Counted from the whole stretch's first letter, positions 24,175-36,989 are shown. The stretch: DNA of 62,506 bases, filler included, from Klebsormidium nitens (GCA_000708835.1; 4 parts of 4 records of this genome joined end to end with filler, not necessarily neighbours in it); one strand, 5' to 3'. Program-made: numbers and translations. Notes: generated by a model from the letters alone, not told the origin.

Positions 24175-26607
24175 TATAAGTAAAGCAAATCAACCTTTAA
24201 GCAACGAGAAGGTGGCAACTTGTCGCATCCTGACGCTGGAACCTTAGCAATTGCCCGGATCTGACCAAGTGTCTCGCTTGAATTCTCGTGAGTATTTCCT
24301 CTTTTCATCTTGACAGTTGATGGCAGCGAATGCTTGAAAGTCAAGACGAAGTCGAAGATTCTTTGCACCTGCTTTCGAATCCTCCCCACTTACCTAAGAG
24401 CATGCGTAATATAATGAACTGCTACTAAATTTGCAATGCTGCTCAGCTGACTATGTATTTAGGCTGGCTAGGTTGAGATGGTTGTCAAGCAAACACCAGC
24501 GCCTCGATCGACATGATACCACCTTCTTGAACTTGGCAGCCTTTCCATATGGAAGACAGGTTAAGCCCCAAGGCGAACGCGGGATGAAAACATACCTTCT
24601 GTGCGACATCAGCCGCACATGTCAGCACATGCCTCCGTTTGCCCAGACTGCCGCTCACGTCGCGCAAGTGCACCGCAGCCTGGTCCACAACCGGCACGTC
24701 TGCTGGTGGCGGTTGGATAACTGGGCCCTGGCTGTAAGGGGGAACTTATAAAGATGACTGAAGACCTCAAAGCACATGACCAGAATGTTTGATTGCAAAT
24801 AATCAACAGGTCAATATGCATAAATGGAATGAAAGTCAGGCTCCGAGCAATAGATGCACTGCACCCTGACTCAGATGCACCTCTAAACAAATGATCTGCG
24901 TACCACTGCCATCATCAGTTTGCATTTGTCAAGGCTTGTTGTTATGTTTCTCTAGAGCAAGTTCTTCATTCCTATCCAAACAGGTTCTTTTGAACTTATT
25001 GATAACTGCCTCACAAAATGCTGTGCTACTTAAGATGGCAAGAGGCAACGCATGCTACGAGAATCAAAAGACTTACGTCTGCTGCATTCCGTATTGATTT
25101 GGGACATCTGATCAGAATATGGCAGATGCGGTGACCCAGCAAGACGTAAGTTTGTTGATGAAGCACAGAAGAACTTACCAAGAAAGCACTGCGGCTGCTG
25201 CTTCCATTACGTCTCCTTGCATTGCACCTCCTTCAGAGCCATGCAAAGGCTCAACTCGCAGTACCTTCACTGACATCGCTCCCTTCTGTTTCTGCTTGCG
25301 CTTTTCTTTTGTGGATGCAAACCAAGCTTTCAAAACACCAAATGAGTGGCTGGTACCAAATCTCTGATTAACGCTGTGCAGAAACTTGCTCTCATTGCCA
25401 TAATGCTTCTGATATTGTGCCTGTTTAGAGCCTGTTGTGTCCCTGATGCACGCAAAGTGCATGTAAGCATCCACCGGACGCATCTCGACAGGGGCAGTTA
25501 GATAAATACAATAGCTTGTGGCCGCTGGAAGGGGAGATGTGCTGGCTCCTGCTTCTCCAGCACAGGATCCCAAAGGCTCTAGAAACTTCCAAGCATTGGC
25601 TGATCTATTGGAGCTTAGCAACTGAAAGAAAGCACTGCTGCTGCCCACATCTCCGCCACCGGCGGCCATTAGTTGCTGGAACGTGGGTTCAGCCAATAAG
25701 CAGTAGCTAGATCTACTTGAATAGCATCCTCCACACACCAACGATCTGATCAGCAGTTTGCTGGGGTTGTATCAGACTCAGAGCACAAAAGGAGGTGGGC
25801 ATATGGGTTCAACTTTGCCTCAGTCACTAAGCTGGTAAGCTGGTAAGCGCTGAGGCACCCCCTGGATGAGGGTATCCAAGGCTTCACCGCTGTTCCGGAA
25901 TGTAAACAAGAGCACTTCAGCTCGCAGAGTACCCTTCAGAGCGGTGCTCCACCTCCCTTCCCTAAGAAAAGACGCAGCAGAAATGGTGGCCATTAATGGA
26001 TTAAGAACTACCAAGGCAAGAAGGCTGAGTGGGAATGTTCAAGGCGGCCGCGCGCAGACTCCAGAGTGGTTTCCATTACCGCCTGCATTTGGCTTGGGCC
26101 AAATTCCAATGACTGGGCCTTATCTAGTTTGATGCTTTGTGCTGGGGTAGATCAGCAGCAAATCGTCATCATTGATTGCATCGGGCTGCTTGAATCCAAA
26201 GGCTGCAATTACTCGAGTACAAGGGGATCGGCCACCGTCGTTGAACTTGCACACGGTTCCGATTCAAGGAAAATCGACGGGCCATTTGTCTATGAACTCA
26301 TTCCCGCCAAGATTGATGCGTTGAAGGCCCTCGATCATTTTGATCGATGGTTTCGATCGCTTTTATGGTGGTCCGCTAGCTTTAAATTTGAATGGACGAC
26401 GAGGTCAGACTGCATGCAGCATTGGGTAAGCACTGCTACCTACCTATATTAGATGCCTAGCATGAAGATGACTTGGATTCAAGTTGCCACTTCTTGAAGA
26501 GCTTTGAAAACTTCTGAACACAAGTCAGAACGCCAGAGGCTCGCTAAGGATTTCTTGTGCTCCGAGTCGCTGTTCCTCTGTTCCTCTCAAAAAGCTCAAG
26601 CTCCACC

Positions 26608-29600
26608 ATGGGCAGAAAGCGAAATAGAGAGCAGCAGGTTATAGAGGAGGATGGACAAGGGTCTCTCCCTGACCCGGAAGTCCCAGTTGAAGGCTCAGCA
26701 GAGATGCAGATAAACTCTCGTCCAAAAAGGGCTGCAGCAACCGGCGAAGCCCGTATCGCTCATATGCAGGGTTCTGATGGGGCAATCGAGTGGCTGAAGA
26801 AGAACAATCCAAGTGCCTTTGCACAAGCAGTAGCTGCGACGAATGCACCTCAATCAAAGCAGAAGGAACCCCGCAGACAGATGAAACCTCTCTACTCTCC
26901 AGCAAAGAAGACCGATGAAGAGTCTGGTTCTGGCTCTGACTCTGACGGATCAGGAAGCGATGGGTCAGAAACAGACTTTGACCCGGCTAAGGAGGATGAT
27001 GCTGCGGATTCCGATGACGAAGGAGATGAAGTTGAGGAATTGGAAAAAGGTACATGAGTTCCTGATTTTGGCTACTCTTTTACTGCCTGTGACATGGTGT
27101 GATCAGACTTACTGCTCAAGGTCTCGACGCCTCCGTGCTTTCAGTTGCCTTGAATGCACAATGTTAGATTGGTCGCTCTGGAGACTCAATCTGGAAGTGA
27201 GATTTGAAATCAGGGTGGACCCTTCAGACCGTCTTCAAGCAATGCTGTACTCAGTCTTCACATTGGACGGGGAAGGAAGGTTCTGGAACACTTGCTAAAT
27301 GCGAGCAACATCACGATCAAATTATTTAAGCCATTATAAGGATGCCAATGCATCTACTCTGTTGGTTGACTTCTTGCAAGCTCAATGCAGCCCTGTCTCA
27401 CAAATTTAAGCTTTCATTCTGCTGTAATGCCAGGCGGAAGCAGCACTGAGGTTGATGCTGAAACGGAACTGGCTGAGCTGCTAAGTGTAGCTCCAGGAAA
27501 AGCTGCGGAGAAGAACAAAAAGAAGGGCACAGGGAAGGAGAAGGCGGACAAAGCGGAGAAGGAGAAGAAAAAAACCAAGAAGAAGGCTGGTGCAATTGTT
27601 CCTTATGGCAAAGGTGAGTGACCCTTTGCAGCTTTAGAGGGCTTGATTGTAGGGCTTGAAGGCCATTGCAAGATTGCATGACCTTACGATCTAGCCAGCA
27701 TTTCAGGAGAGAGGTTGATGCTTTTGCCTTAAGACCATTTCACAGAATCGTGAAGCGTTTTCAGAGCACTCATAAGTACTGATTGTTTACCCCCAAGCTG
27801 CTTCTTGATGATCAGCTCTTCTTCAATGATCCAGACCCGTTGACCACAACAGTTATGTTGCTCTTTTACAGTGCAGTCTTGTTGCTTTACAAGGACCTGT
27901 TATTCCCTGACATTCATGTGTCCTCCTGTAGGTGCGAAGACGGTGACCAAGCCCCCCAAGAACACCACCCTTTCGGAAATAGTGGTCAGCGGAGCAACCA
28001 CGAGCAACGCCCTCGCAGGCATTGACGCCAACCTCCTTCTTGCGTCCTTCGTGAGAGTGCAGCAGGACCAGGCAGCGCAAGGGGCCAAGCAGGACAAACT
28101 CATGAGCATGTTCACGCAGGTTTTGGCTCAAGTGAAGCGTGCGAACTCAAAGCAGGGCAGCCAGTCAAGTCTGCAGGCAGAGAGTGCCCGTACAACGGTA
28201 AGCACCTTTTTGCAGTCAGCAAAATGTACAAGAGCTTTGTCAGGCATTCGCCACAGTCAAGCTGACCATGTATCAGGGCACGTCACAGTGTCTGCCCTGT
28301 GGTTCTCCTTACATTCTTGCAAAGCACCTCTTCAACTTGAGTGAACCCTGCCAGAATGCAACACAGTTAGCCCAACCCCGTCCTCCCAACCGCCCACTTG
28401 CGCTCAAGAAAGACTTGTTCTGCAGGAACAAGGGAGTGCTGGCAGCACTCTCCAGGTAGTTGCCAACAGCACGCTGTCGGAGGAGCAAAGCCTGCTCCAC
28501 AAGCTTCAAGCGGATCCCAAATTGCTCTCAGCGAACAAATCCATGATAAAGGTAAGCTGTCTTGACACTTTTCTTACGGACCACTTTGTGGAGTGTCAAG
28601 CGATCCAAGAACTGCTTTGTAGGCAGTCTCTTGGGAGTGCTCATCGATCTTCTGTCAGAAGCATGTATGAGTGAGATTGTTACGCGGAATATTTCATCGA
28701 AGCTGGCGCTCACTTGTGACATCAGACCAATCTGAAGGAAAGGCTTTCTATTTTCAGGTCCTTGCCATTAAGACTGTTAAAACGACCTTCTTTTGATACG
28801 TGGAACAACTCCGCTGGTCTTTGATTGCACACCTGCTTGATGTAAAAGCTCCCTTCCTGCCAAATGGTTCCTTGACAATAGACTACCTATAACCTGGAAA
28901 ACTGCCTATTAAACATCAACTTTTGTCCAAAGAACCCACACACTTTGATGCACGTTTCAGGGTCTGATGGAACATTGGAAATGCTTGCAGCTGCTGGCAT
29001 CTGACGCCGTCAACCTGAGCTTGTTAGCCTCAGGCGTTCAAGACTCAGACATCATGAAGAGCAACACCCGTTTGGCCTTTCGGGTGACCGCCAACGACCC
29101 CGAGAAGATGGACCTGTTTGAGGACGTGTATCACGACATCATTGAGGCGCACCAGATGAAGGGGTTCCGCCAGAAGAGAGGCCAGACGATCTCGGAGCTG
29201 CGCAACAACACATACGCCAACTACAAGCTGCCTGCTCTCCACTCCGAGGGATGGGCTCAAAGTGCCACCCCGCTTCTCAAAGGTGAACGACAGCCTCAAT
29301 CAGATTCACTCTCAGCAAGATTTCTTGGAATCTACTTGATGTTCACATCTGGCGAGTGGCCGCAAATCTCTCTTCGACATCAATATCAGTTGCTTGTTCC
29401 TTCAATATCTTCAGAGTAGCCTTGAAAAGTTGCGCTCTGACTTGTCGAAGGATCCTTTTAGGTTGGGCTTATCTGCCGGTAACAGGATTGCTTTGCTTGT
29501 TTGTTGACCTTGCGGCTGTTCCTTCAGTTCGAGCCTTGCGAGAACCGAATCCATTCTATCGAGATCCTTTCGAAACGTAGCCATTTGAAATACTTGATTT

Positions 29601-30533
29601 GAGCTCGGTGTGGTCCGCGCATGACCGTCACCAAGTTGTATAAGGACCAGCGGATTTGTCGAAATCGATCTGAACTTTTTCGCTCTCTAACAGACAACGC
29701 CTATCGGAAGGCGGGCAGCGACGATTATGGACACGAACAATTCCGGAAGCTGCTGGCTCAAATGAGCAACATCGATGTCAGCGACGGCGTTCCTGACTCC
29801 CTGCCCACGACGTTTGCTAGGGCAGCACTGGCTGAAGTCACGGTAAGGAACGAAGGCCTACCTGTTCAAATCGCGACTGATCTGGTTGAGCTAGCTTGTA
29901 ATGAAAAGGCAAGTCAATGACCAGTGCACTGTATGATTCAAGCAAGAATCCTCAAACTGATTCTGCGAATGACTCGCGGCACGTACTAGAGCTGCTTGCT
30001 ATTGAATCGCAGTCGGGTTTGCTCGTATCAAAGTCGAGATCCAATCGTTCCTCTTTCGCTCAGGTTTGATCCTGATATATGCTCAATTTTCGAGACCAAA
30101 ACCTGAAGAACGTTGTTCGACACTTGACTTCAGCCTATTCGCAAAAGCGAGGCAACAATTCACTGCTCCGCACACATTCGAGCCGGTTTGCTTCCCACGT
30201 TCTTCAAGATTCAAAGTGCTAATACTGGTTCTTGTGCATGATCTACAGGTGGAGTTGCTCCTGCAAGGCATCAAGCGTTTCGAGAAGGCCGAGCTCAGGC
30301 TTTTGGCTCGCCGTGAGGAGGAGCTCCGGAAGGATTCGGCACGAACCAGCTCCTTCCTCAACTTCGTCGAGCCGGAAGATCCCCTTGTGTGCCCACACCG
30401 TCTCAAGGTCCGCGCAGCAGCTAGATTGCAAGACGAGCAGCGGGCCGCTCAAGAGACCTTAGACCAGCGTTCTGAGGTTAACACGTCTGGCAGTCCGGCC
30501 GTGCCCTCGTCGACTCCAGAGTTGAGCGCATGA
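26608..30533 (+). CDS. Uncharacterised protein, 7 exons, 589 aa; acidic/Lys-rich disordered N-terminus and predicted helical C-terminal domain
   Basis: The ATG is in a CCACCATGG context. Exons 26608-27049, 27434-27613, 27932-28197, 28426-28551, 28961-29282, 29694-29842 and 30249-30533 have GT-AG junctions with matching phases (1,1,0,0,1,0) and no internal stop. Confidence 0.7.
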
Positions 30534-30871
30534 TAGGCGTGAGGTCCACCTCAGACAATCTCAAGTCATAGTCGCTCTTTAGTTAATCATGCTAAGGGAC
30601 ACTGCGAGTTAGAGCATTCATGAACTTGCCGTTCTTTTTGATCCGCTCTTCCTGCTCTCCATCCACTGTCGACACTGAGACTGCTTGAGGTGCCAAGGTA
30701 CAAGATGGCATGCAATTTAAGACATGGTGACTGGAGAATCTTTGCACTTCGCGTCACGGCAACGGCCGGCATGAGCGAAGCAGTCGCAAATGAACATCAT
30801 GTTGTGAGCAAGGCAACGTGGCCAACGTACGTACCGTAACTGCAAGCTTCACTGGCAAGCCCCAAACGACG

Positions 30872-30971
30872 NNNNNNNNNNNNNNNNNNNNNNNNNNNNN
30901 NNNNNNNNNNNNNNNTTAATTAATTAANNNNNNNNNNNNNNNNNNNNNNNNNNNNNNNNNNNNNNNNNNNN
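30872..30971. other. Scaffold join: 100-nt N gap with TTAATTAATTAA linker (30916-30927)
   Basis: An identical 100-nt gap and linker construct occurs three times. The linker has stops in all six frames. Confidence 0.95.
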
Positions 30972-31390
30972 TCATATTTCAAAACAGTGTGGCAGAATGG
31001 CACAGGTATTCAAAAGCATGTATCCATCATGGAAACAGAAGTGATAAGATTTGAGGTGTGGCCAGTGCAATCAGCTAAAATGAGATGCCACCGATACATC
31101 AATTACAGCAGAATGTCAACTGCAGTTACCAATCTAACTGGGACACAATTCAAGGGTCTCAGGAGCTTGAATCCTACGCTGCCACATGGTATCTATGTCC
31201 TGGCAGGCTAAGTCTGCCCAATCCCCCCCAAACAGCTGACGAGGAGGATCACTCTGCAAGCAACATGCCATGATACTCAAGCAGTGTGCAAGCCTTAAAG
31301 TTGAGGTCTTATCGGCGCGGGTGCGAATGCTTTTACCGATTGCTTATCGATAATCGGTATTCATGTGCGAACGTCGCGCAGATTAGAAAT

Positions 31391-31572
31391 TTGCGAATTC
31401 TCGACGATCGCAGTTAGTCGAGAATTACGGTTCTCTGCTAACGAGAACCTTAACCCACTTCTGCGGCTATGATAGCCGCAGACTCGCGACAGCATCTTCA
31501 TTCTGTCGCTCTGCAAGATTCGATTTCTTCACAGCGCAAGGAGGACGGCGCCTCCTTGCTTCTGCTCAAGCT
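31391..31572 (+). repeat. Split direct repeat A1
   Basis: It matches 38304-38480 except for two substitutions and a 5-nt indel. Confidence 0.95.
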
Positions 31573-31784
31573 TCGTGTATCTCCTTACGCAAAGCTGCTT
31601 TCTTCTTGTTTTTTGCTTCATCTTCAGTCACCATTAATGGCTATCTGCTTTGCCAGATCCGATCCTATAAGCCTGAGAGCTTCTAGTCACTTCGCCTTTC
31701 AGGTTTCAGCAATCTAGTTTCGAGCTTCTTCAATTCTCCTACTTTGCTGCAGTTTCTAAGCTTGCGCAAGCCTCCTGCACCATC

Positions 31785-32803
31785 TTGTTCAGCCGATCTT
31801 CAACCCATGCACGATGGCTGGACCGAAACACAATGGTGGTGCTGAGATCCGAGTCTCAGGTGTCTCTGCAGAAGATCTTGCCAAGCAAACCAGGGAAGCA
31901 AATCTACGACATGAAGCGCTTCTTTCAAAGATCTCTCAACAACTGGATCAACAAGCAACTCAGCAAGCTGCGTGACCTGGCCAAGCAAGCCGAGAAGATT
32001 GATCAGCTGCAGTCTCAACTTCAAGCCCGAGTTCTTCCGAAGAGGTCTGACAAGATCACCAATCCTGAGGTGAAGGGTCACTTCAACCCCTGGAGAAGGC
32101 GCAGGAAGTCATAGCTCAGGCCAAGTCTGTTCTCGAGGATCATCTGGACGGTTCATCCCTACTCTCTCAGTTGACCGAGGATCAGGTGGCTTCGCTGAAA
32201 AACCACTGTGATGAAGGTGAGGGAGTTATCTCAGCTCGCATGCAGTTCCTCGAAGATTGGGATTCTGAAGGTTTGGAGGTCGCCTCTGAGATGTTGAGAC
32301 TGCGAGAGGAAGCTTCTAAGGATCCGGCAGAGATTTCTTTGGTTTCCCGCGTGAAGAAGGCCCTAATTGAGAAGAGAAAGGCAGCATAAGAGACATCCAA
32401 ACCTTCGAAGGAACACAAAACCCAGCCTTTCCAAAACCTTGGTCGTGGTGGCTATGCCGGTCGTGGTCGCTCTCCCTCCCCTTCTCCTCAGGCGTGGTTC
32501 CATCCCCCTCAGCCAGTTTTGATGCCTCCCCCCATGGCTTTAGCACCCCAGGCTAGTGTGGTCTCTCCAGCGGTTTACCAGTCACAGTACTTGCCCTAGT
32601 TGCGTCGCTCTCCCTCCCCTGGCCTTCCACCCCCGATTCCCCAGACCGTTGACCCTGCTCCCCGTGGTCCTTCCGTTCCTGGTGTCCGCGGTTCTGGCAG
32701 TGCAGGCTTACAGTGTTGGTCGTGTCAGCAGTGGGGACATGTAGCGGCAGCTTGCCCTAGCACAGCGAACATAGCAGCTAATGCAAGCCGTGGTTACTTT
32801 TAG
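31785..32803 (+). pseudogene. gag-like ORF of the YR retrotransposon (frameshifted)
   Basis: Coiled-coil segment, then EGEGVISARMQFLEDWDSEGLEV (DIRS-gag-like), an RGG/Pro-rich segment and the zinc knuckle CWSCQQWGHVAAAC (32714-32755). Frameshifts lie near 32090 and 32385, with a TAG at 32597-32599. Confidence 0.75.
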
Positions 32804-34084
32804 CTGCTGTAGCATTTGCTGGTCAGATAGCAAGCACNNNNNNNNNNNNNNNNNNNNNNNNNNNNNNNNNNNNNNNNNNNNNNNNNNNNNNNNNNNNNNN
32901 NNNNNNNNNNNNNNNNNNNNNNNNNNNNNNNNNNNNNNNNNNNNNNNNNNNNNNNNNNNNNNNNNNNNNNNNNNNNNNNNNNNNNNNNNNNNNNNNNNNN
33001 NNNNNNNNNNNNNNNNNNNNNNNNNNNNNNNNNNNNNNNNNNNNNNNNNNNNNNNNNNNNNNNNNNNNNNNNNNNNNNNNNNNNNNNNNNNNNNNNNNNN
33101 NNNNNNNNNNNNNNNNNNNNNNNNNNNNNNNNNNNNNNNNNNNNNNNNNNNNNNNNNNNNNNNNNNNNNNNNNNNNNNNNNNNNNNNNNNNNNNNNNNNN
33201 NNNNNNNNNNNNNNNNNNNNNNNNNNNNNNNNNNNNNNNNNNNNNNNNNNNNNNNNNNNNNNNNNNNNNNNNNNNNNNNNNNNNNNNNNNNNNNNNNNNN
33301 NNNNNNNNNNNNNNNNNNNNNNNNNNNNNNNNNNNNNNNNNNNNNNNNNNNNNNNNNNNNNNNNNNNNNNNNNNNNNNNNNNNNNNNNNNNNNNNNNNNN
33401 NNNNNNNNNNNNNNNNNNNNNNNNNNNNNNNNNNNNNNNNNNNNNNNNNNNNNNNNNNNNNNNNNNNNNNNNNNNNNNNNNNNNNNNNNNNNNNNNNNNN
33501 NNNNNNNNNNNNNNNNNNNNNNNNNNNNNNNNNNNNNNNNNNNNNNNNNNNNNNNNNNNNNNNNNNNNNNNNNNNNNNNNNNNNNNNNNNNNNNNNNNNN
33601 NNNNNNNNTGCTGGTCAGATAGCAAGCACAGTTGGATAGCATTTTGCTAGGGTTTCCTTGCTAAGAGTCAGAGCTTCTCATATGGACCAGATGTTTGTAA
33701 CCTGCAGTGTTTACCAGACTTGATGATGAGAACTCTAATGTCCCAGTTATATATCAACACTCCTTGATGCTCTTCATTACACAACCGATCCCATTCCTGA
33801 TCCCACCGCCTTTTAATTGCATACATTCCTTCGTTTTCTTCCTATCGAGTCCTTTTCAAACTTCAATATGACCTTTCCATCATCTCTTGCTTTTGATTTC
33901 TTCATTTTGACATTCCTCTCTTCTCCCAATTGCCAGCGTCCTCTTTGATACAATTGCTTTGCCATTGTCATCTAACGTACCCTAATTCGTTGTCTCTTCT
34001 TCTGTGTTCTCTCTGCTGTACTCTTATATTGTTTCTGGTAGAGTTTTTCTAGTAGATTTTCCGATTCTTATTCCTTCTGCCAAT

Positions 34085-34640
34085 CACTGTTGGGAACGGC
34101 TGTGATTAGAATACTTGGGAGGAGGCTCTTTGTCTCCATCCCCAATGCCCATTGCTGTATGAGAATCCATGAGTCACGTTCCTTTCCATTCCGTTCCGTT
34201 CCTTTTTTCCGTTCGTTCCGTTATTTTCCTTTCCGTTCCGTTCCGTTCCGTTCAGTTCTCCCTTCATTCTCTTCCAATGTTTCAAATTTAATTCAATCTT
34301 CCACGTTGCGAACCGGCTGTGATTAACAATCCTTGGGAGCCACTTGTGTGGCTTTACATCCCAATTGCCATTGCTGTAAGAAAGCGCATGAGTCGCGTCC
34401 CTATTTAGTTCCTTTCTGTTCCCATTTCGTTCCGTTTTTCTCTTTCGTTCCGTTCAGTCCTTGTTATTACGTTCTAAGTTCTCCTTGCCACGTTGAGCAC
34501 TTCTTGTTCAGTCCGCAGTAGCTGTTCTATTCTAAGTTCTTTCATTCCTTTTTCGTTCCCTGTTCTTCCGTTCCGTTAGACTCGTCGGGTTCCGTTCCGT
34601 TTCATTCCGTTCGTTTTTGGAATTTTTCCGTTCATGTTCG
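34085..34640 (+). repeat. Diverged ~215-bp tandem duplication with (TTCCG)n-rich tracts in the gag-pol spacer
   Basis: Units start near 34085 and 34302 and share GGCTGTGATTA..TTGGGAG..CCATTGCTGTA.GA..CATGAGTC.CGT. Each is followed by TTCCGTTCCG runs. Confidence 0.75.
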
Positions 34641-34889
34641 ACGGTTTCCGTTCATTTTCATCACTATTCTTCTTGTTTATCACGTTCTTTCGAAATCTCG
34701 CGTTTTCCTTCCTTCTAACAGTTGGCTATGAGCACAGGGCCTAGCATCCCTGTCCGTTCCACGAGAGAATGCAATCTGCCAGGCGCTTCGGCGCACCTGT
34801 GAGCCCCTTTTTGCACAAAGTTGTTGTTGCATTTAACCGTTCATTGAGTTTTTAATTTTTCTGTGACGATTAGTCTTATGATTCTGCAG

Positions 34890-36919
34890 CAACCGAAGAG
34901 TCTCTTCACAAGCTGGCTGATTTAACGGAGGCGACTGAGTTTGAGGGCTTCCGCAACCCTACGACGGCAGCCTCGGACAAGTCTGCCAGTCCTCCTGCAC
35001 GAGAGCCCTACCTCCGCCATCGACTTCGTCGCCACGCCGATTTCTGGCGTTCCTTCGTTACTTCGAGCTTCGTCCTTGGCATCCTGACTGTTGGCTACAT
35101 GCTTCCTTGGATCACCAGTCCCCCTTCTGAGCCCGCTCGGTTTCCCAACCACCCTTCGGCTTTTGAGCACGCCCGCTTCGTGACCAGCCTCGCAGCTACG
35201 GGGTCTATTCAGCCAGTTTCACAGGCTCCTTTCCTCGTCAGTCCGTTGGGTGTTGTTCCAAAAGCTGAGGACAAGCTTCGCTTGATACTAGACTTGCGCT
35301 TCTTGAATTAGTTCCTCCAGGTGCCAAAGTTCAAGTACGAGTCCCTTCGCATGGTTTCGGAGCTTTGTTCCCCTAATGATTTTCTGTTCACAGTAGATCT
35401 CAAGTCAAGCTACCACCACATCGATATCTACGAGCCGCACTGGAAGTACCTCGGCTTTCAGTGGCAGGGACAGTACTACGTTTTTACACAGCTTCCGTTC
35501 GGGCTCGCTCCGGCTTGTTACGTCTTTACGATGGTGATGCGGCAGCTGACGAAGTCCTGGCGCGCCCGCGGCTATCGCCTCGTCCACTACATTGACGAAT
35601 TTTTCTTCGCCTGTCGCGATAAGGCCGAGTTCGCCCGAGTCCAGGCTTGCGTCCTTGCCGACTTAGCTGCTGCGGGTTTGGTCGTCTCTCTTGACAAGTG
35701 CCAGCTTAGCTGCAGCCATGTAGTCAAGTTTCTAGGCTTCGTCGTTGACACTCTCTTTGGACAGTTTCGCCTTACCGCTCTCCGCAAAGCTAAGCTTGCT
35801 GCTGCAATCGATTTGAGTCTTCGCGCTCCTCTAGCGGTCAAGGCAAAAGCTCTCGCTCGCATCACTGGCTTGATTACATCGCTCTCTCTAGTTACAGGTC
35901 CAATCTCTGGCCTGTTTTCTCGCTATCTTCACCGCGCCCTCGCTTCGCGCTCCTTCTGGTACAGTAAAGTAGCGCTCGATTCTGCAGCCGTCTCTGAGCT
36001 CCACTTTTGGAAGGAACATCTCCCTCGTTTCGAGAGCCGGGTTATCTGGCGAAAGCATTCTTTGCTTCGGGTCCTGTACCACGATGCTGATGGCCAGGGT
36101 TGGGGCGGCCACTTAGAAATAGGTTCTGTCCGCCACGAGGCCCACGGAGCTTGGGAAGCGCACGAGGTGCATGGCGTTGCGTCTTCCACGTGGCGCGAGC
36201 TGACTGGCCTTCTGCGTCTCTTGCGTGCCTTCCGCCCTCTTCTCAGTGACTGCTCTGTGATTGCCCGGGGAGACGCGCTCAACGTTTTCTCGATTCTTTC
36301 AAAAGGAGGTTCAGCGAAGGAGCATCTACAGACGATTTGCCTTGAGCTCTTCTCACTGTGTTCTGAACTCCGGATCGAACTTCGACCGGAGTGGCTCCCT
36401 CGCGAGGAGAACACGCGCGCGGACTACCTCAGCAAGATTCGCGATGTCGACGACTTCGGGCTTTTAGCCGAAACCTTCGCGCTTGTCTCTCGGTGCTTTG
36501 GTCCTTTTTCGGTTGACCGCTTCGCCAGCGAGCACAACGCCAAGCTACCTCGGTTCAATTCGTTCTACTGGTGTCAGGGAGCGGAAGCTGCTAATTCCTT
36601 CACCCAAGACTGGGGCAGCGATCAGATTAACTACTGCTTTCCACCTCCTGCTTTGGTCGCTCCGACCCTTCGGCATGCGCGCGCGTGCCGCGCGCGCATG
36701 ACACTCGTTGTTTTCGGCTGGCGTTCTGCTCCGTGGTGGCCGCTGTTGCAGTGCGGCAGCGTCGCTTCCGGTCGCGGTTTTGCTCCGTTCGTCTGCGGCC
36801 AGCTTCATTTTCCGGCGGGGCGTGAGGTGTTAGTTCCGGGGCGTGCTTCTCGCGACCGTTTCTTCGGCAAGGGGGTCCCAATCTCTGACGTCTTTGCCCT
36901 CAACGTCGACTTCCGCTGA
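34890..36919 (+). pseudogene. pol: reverse transcriptase, RNase H and methyltransferase-like (MT) domain
   Basis: One frame reads LRRHADFW...GYMLPW...SPLGVVPK..KLRLILDLRFLN*FLQVPKFKYE, DLKSSYHHI, LPFGL, YIDE (35588-35599; consensus YxDD), RNase H YHDADGQGWGG...WRELTG and MT-like DRFASEHNAKLPRF...QDW...YCFPP. There is a premature TAG at 35309-35311. Confidence 0.92.
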
Positions 36920-36989
36920 CAGGTAATTCGATCTTTCTTCTTTCTTGCGAACTTCTCCCCTTTCCTTAGACTTTTACTCTATCTCGCAG

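Noticed and set aside
24900-26450. Possible decayed hAT-like transposase remnant (TPNEW..., LCRNLLSLP)
   Set aside because: The resemblance is too faint and riddled with stops. It would need a tblastn or HMM hit.
30916-30927. TTAATTAATTAA palindrome (also 41962-41973 and 55366-55377) as a biological motif
   Set aside because: It sits at the same place inside identical 100-N gaps. It is an artificial six-frame-stop linker, so no cross-segment operon or element can be inferred.
32817-33629. 21-nt direct repeat TGCTGGTCAGATAGCAAGCAC flanking the 771-N gap
   Set aside because: It most likely reflects overlapping contig ends or a collapsed repeat. It cannot be treated as a TSD or biological repeat.
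32708-33650. Long ORFs spanning the N runs (also 38857-40095)
   Set aside because: These are poly-X translation artefacts of gaps.
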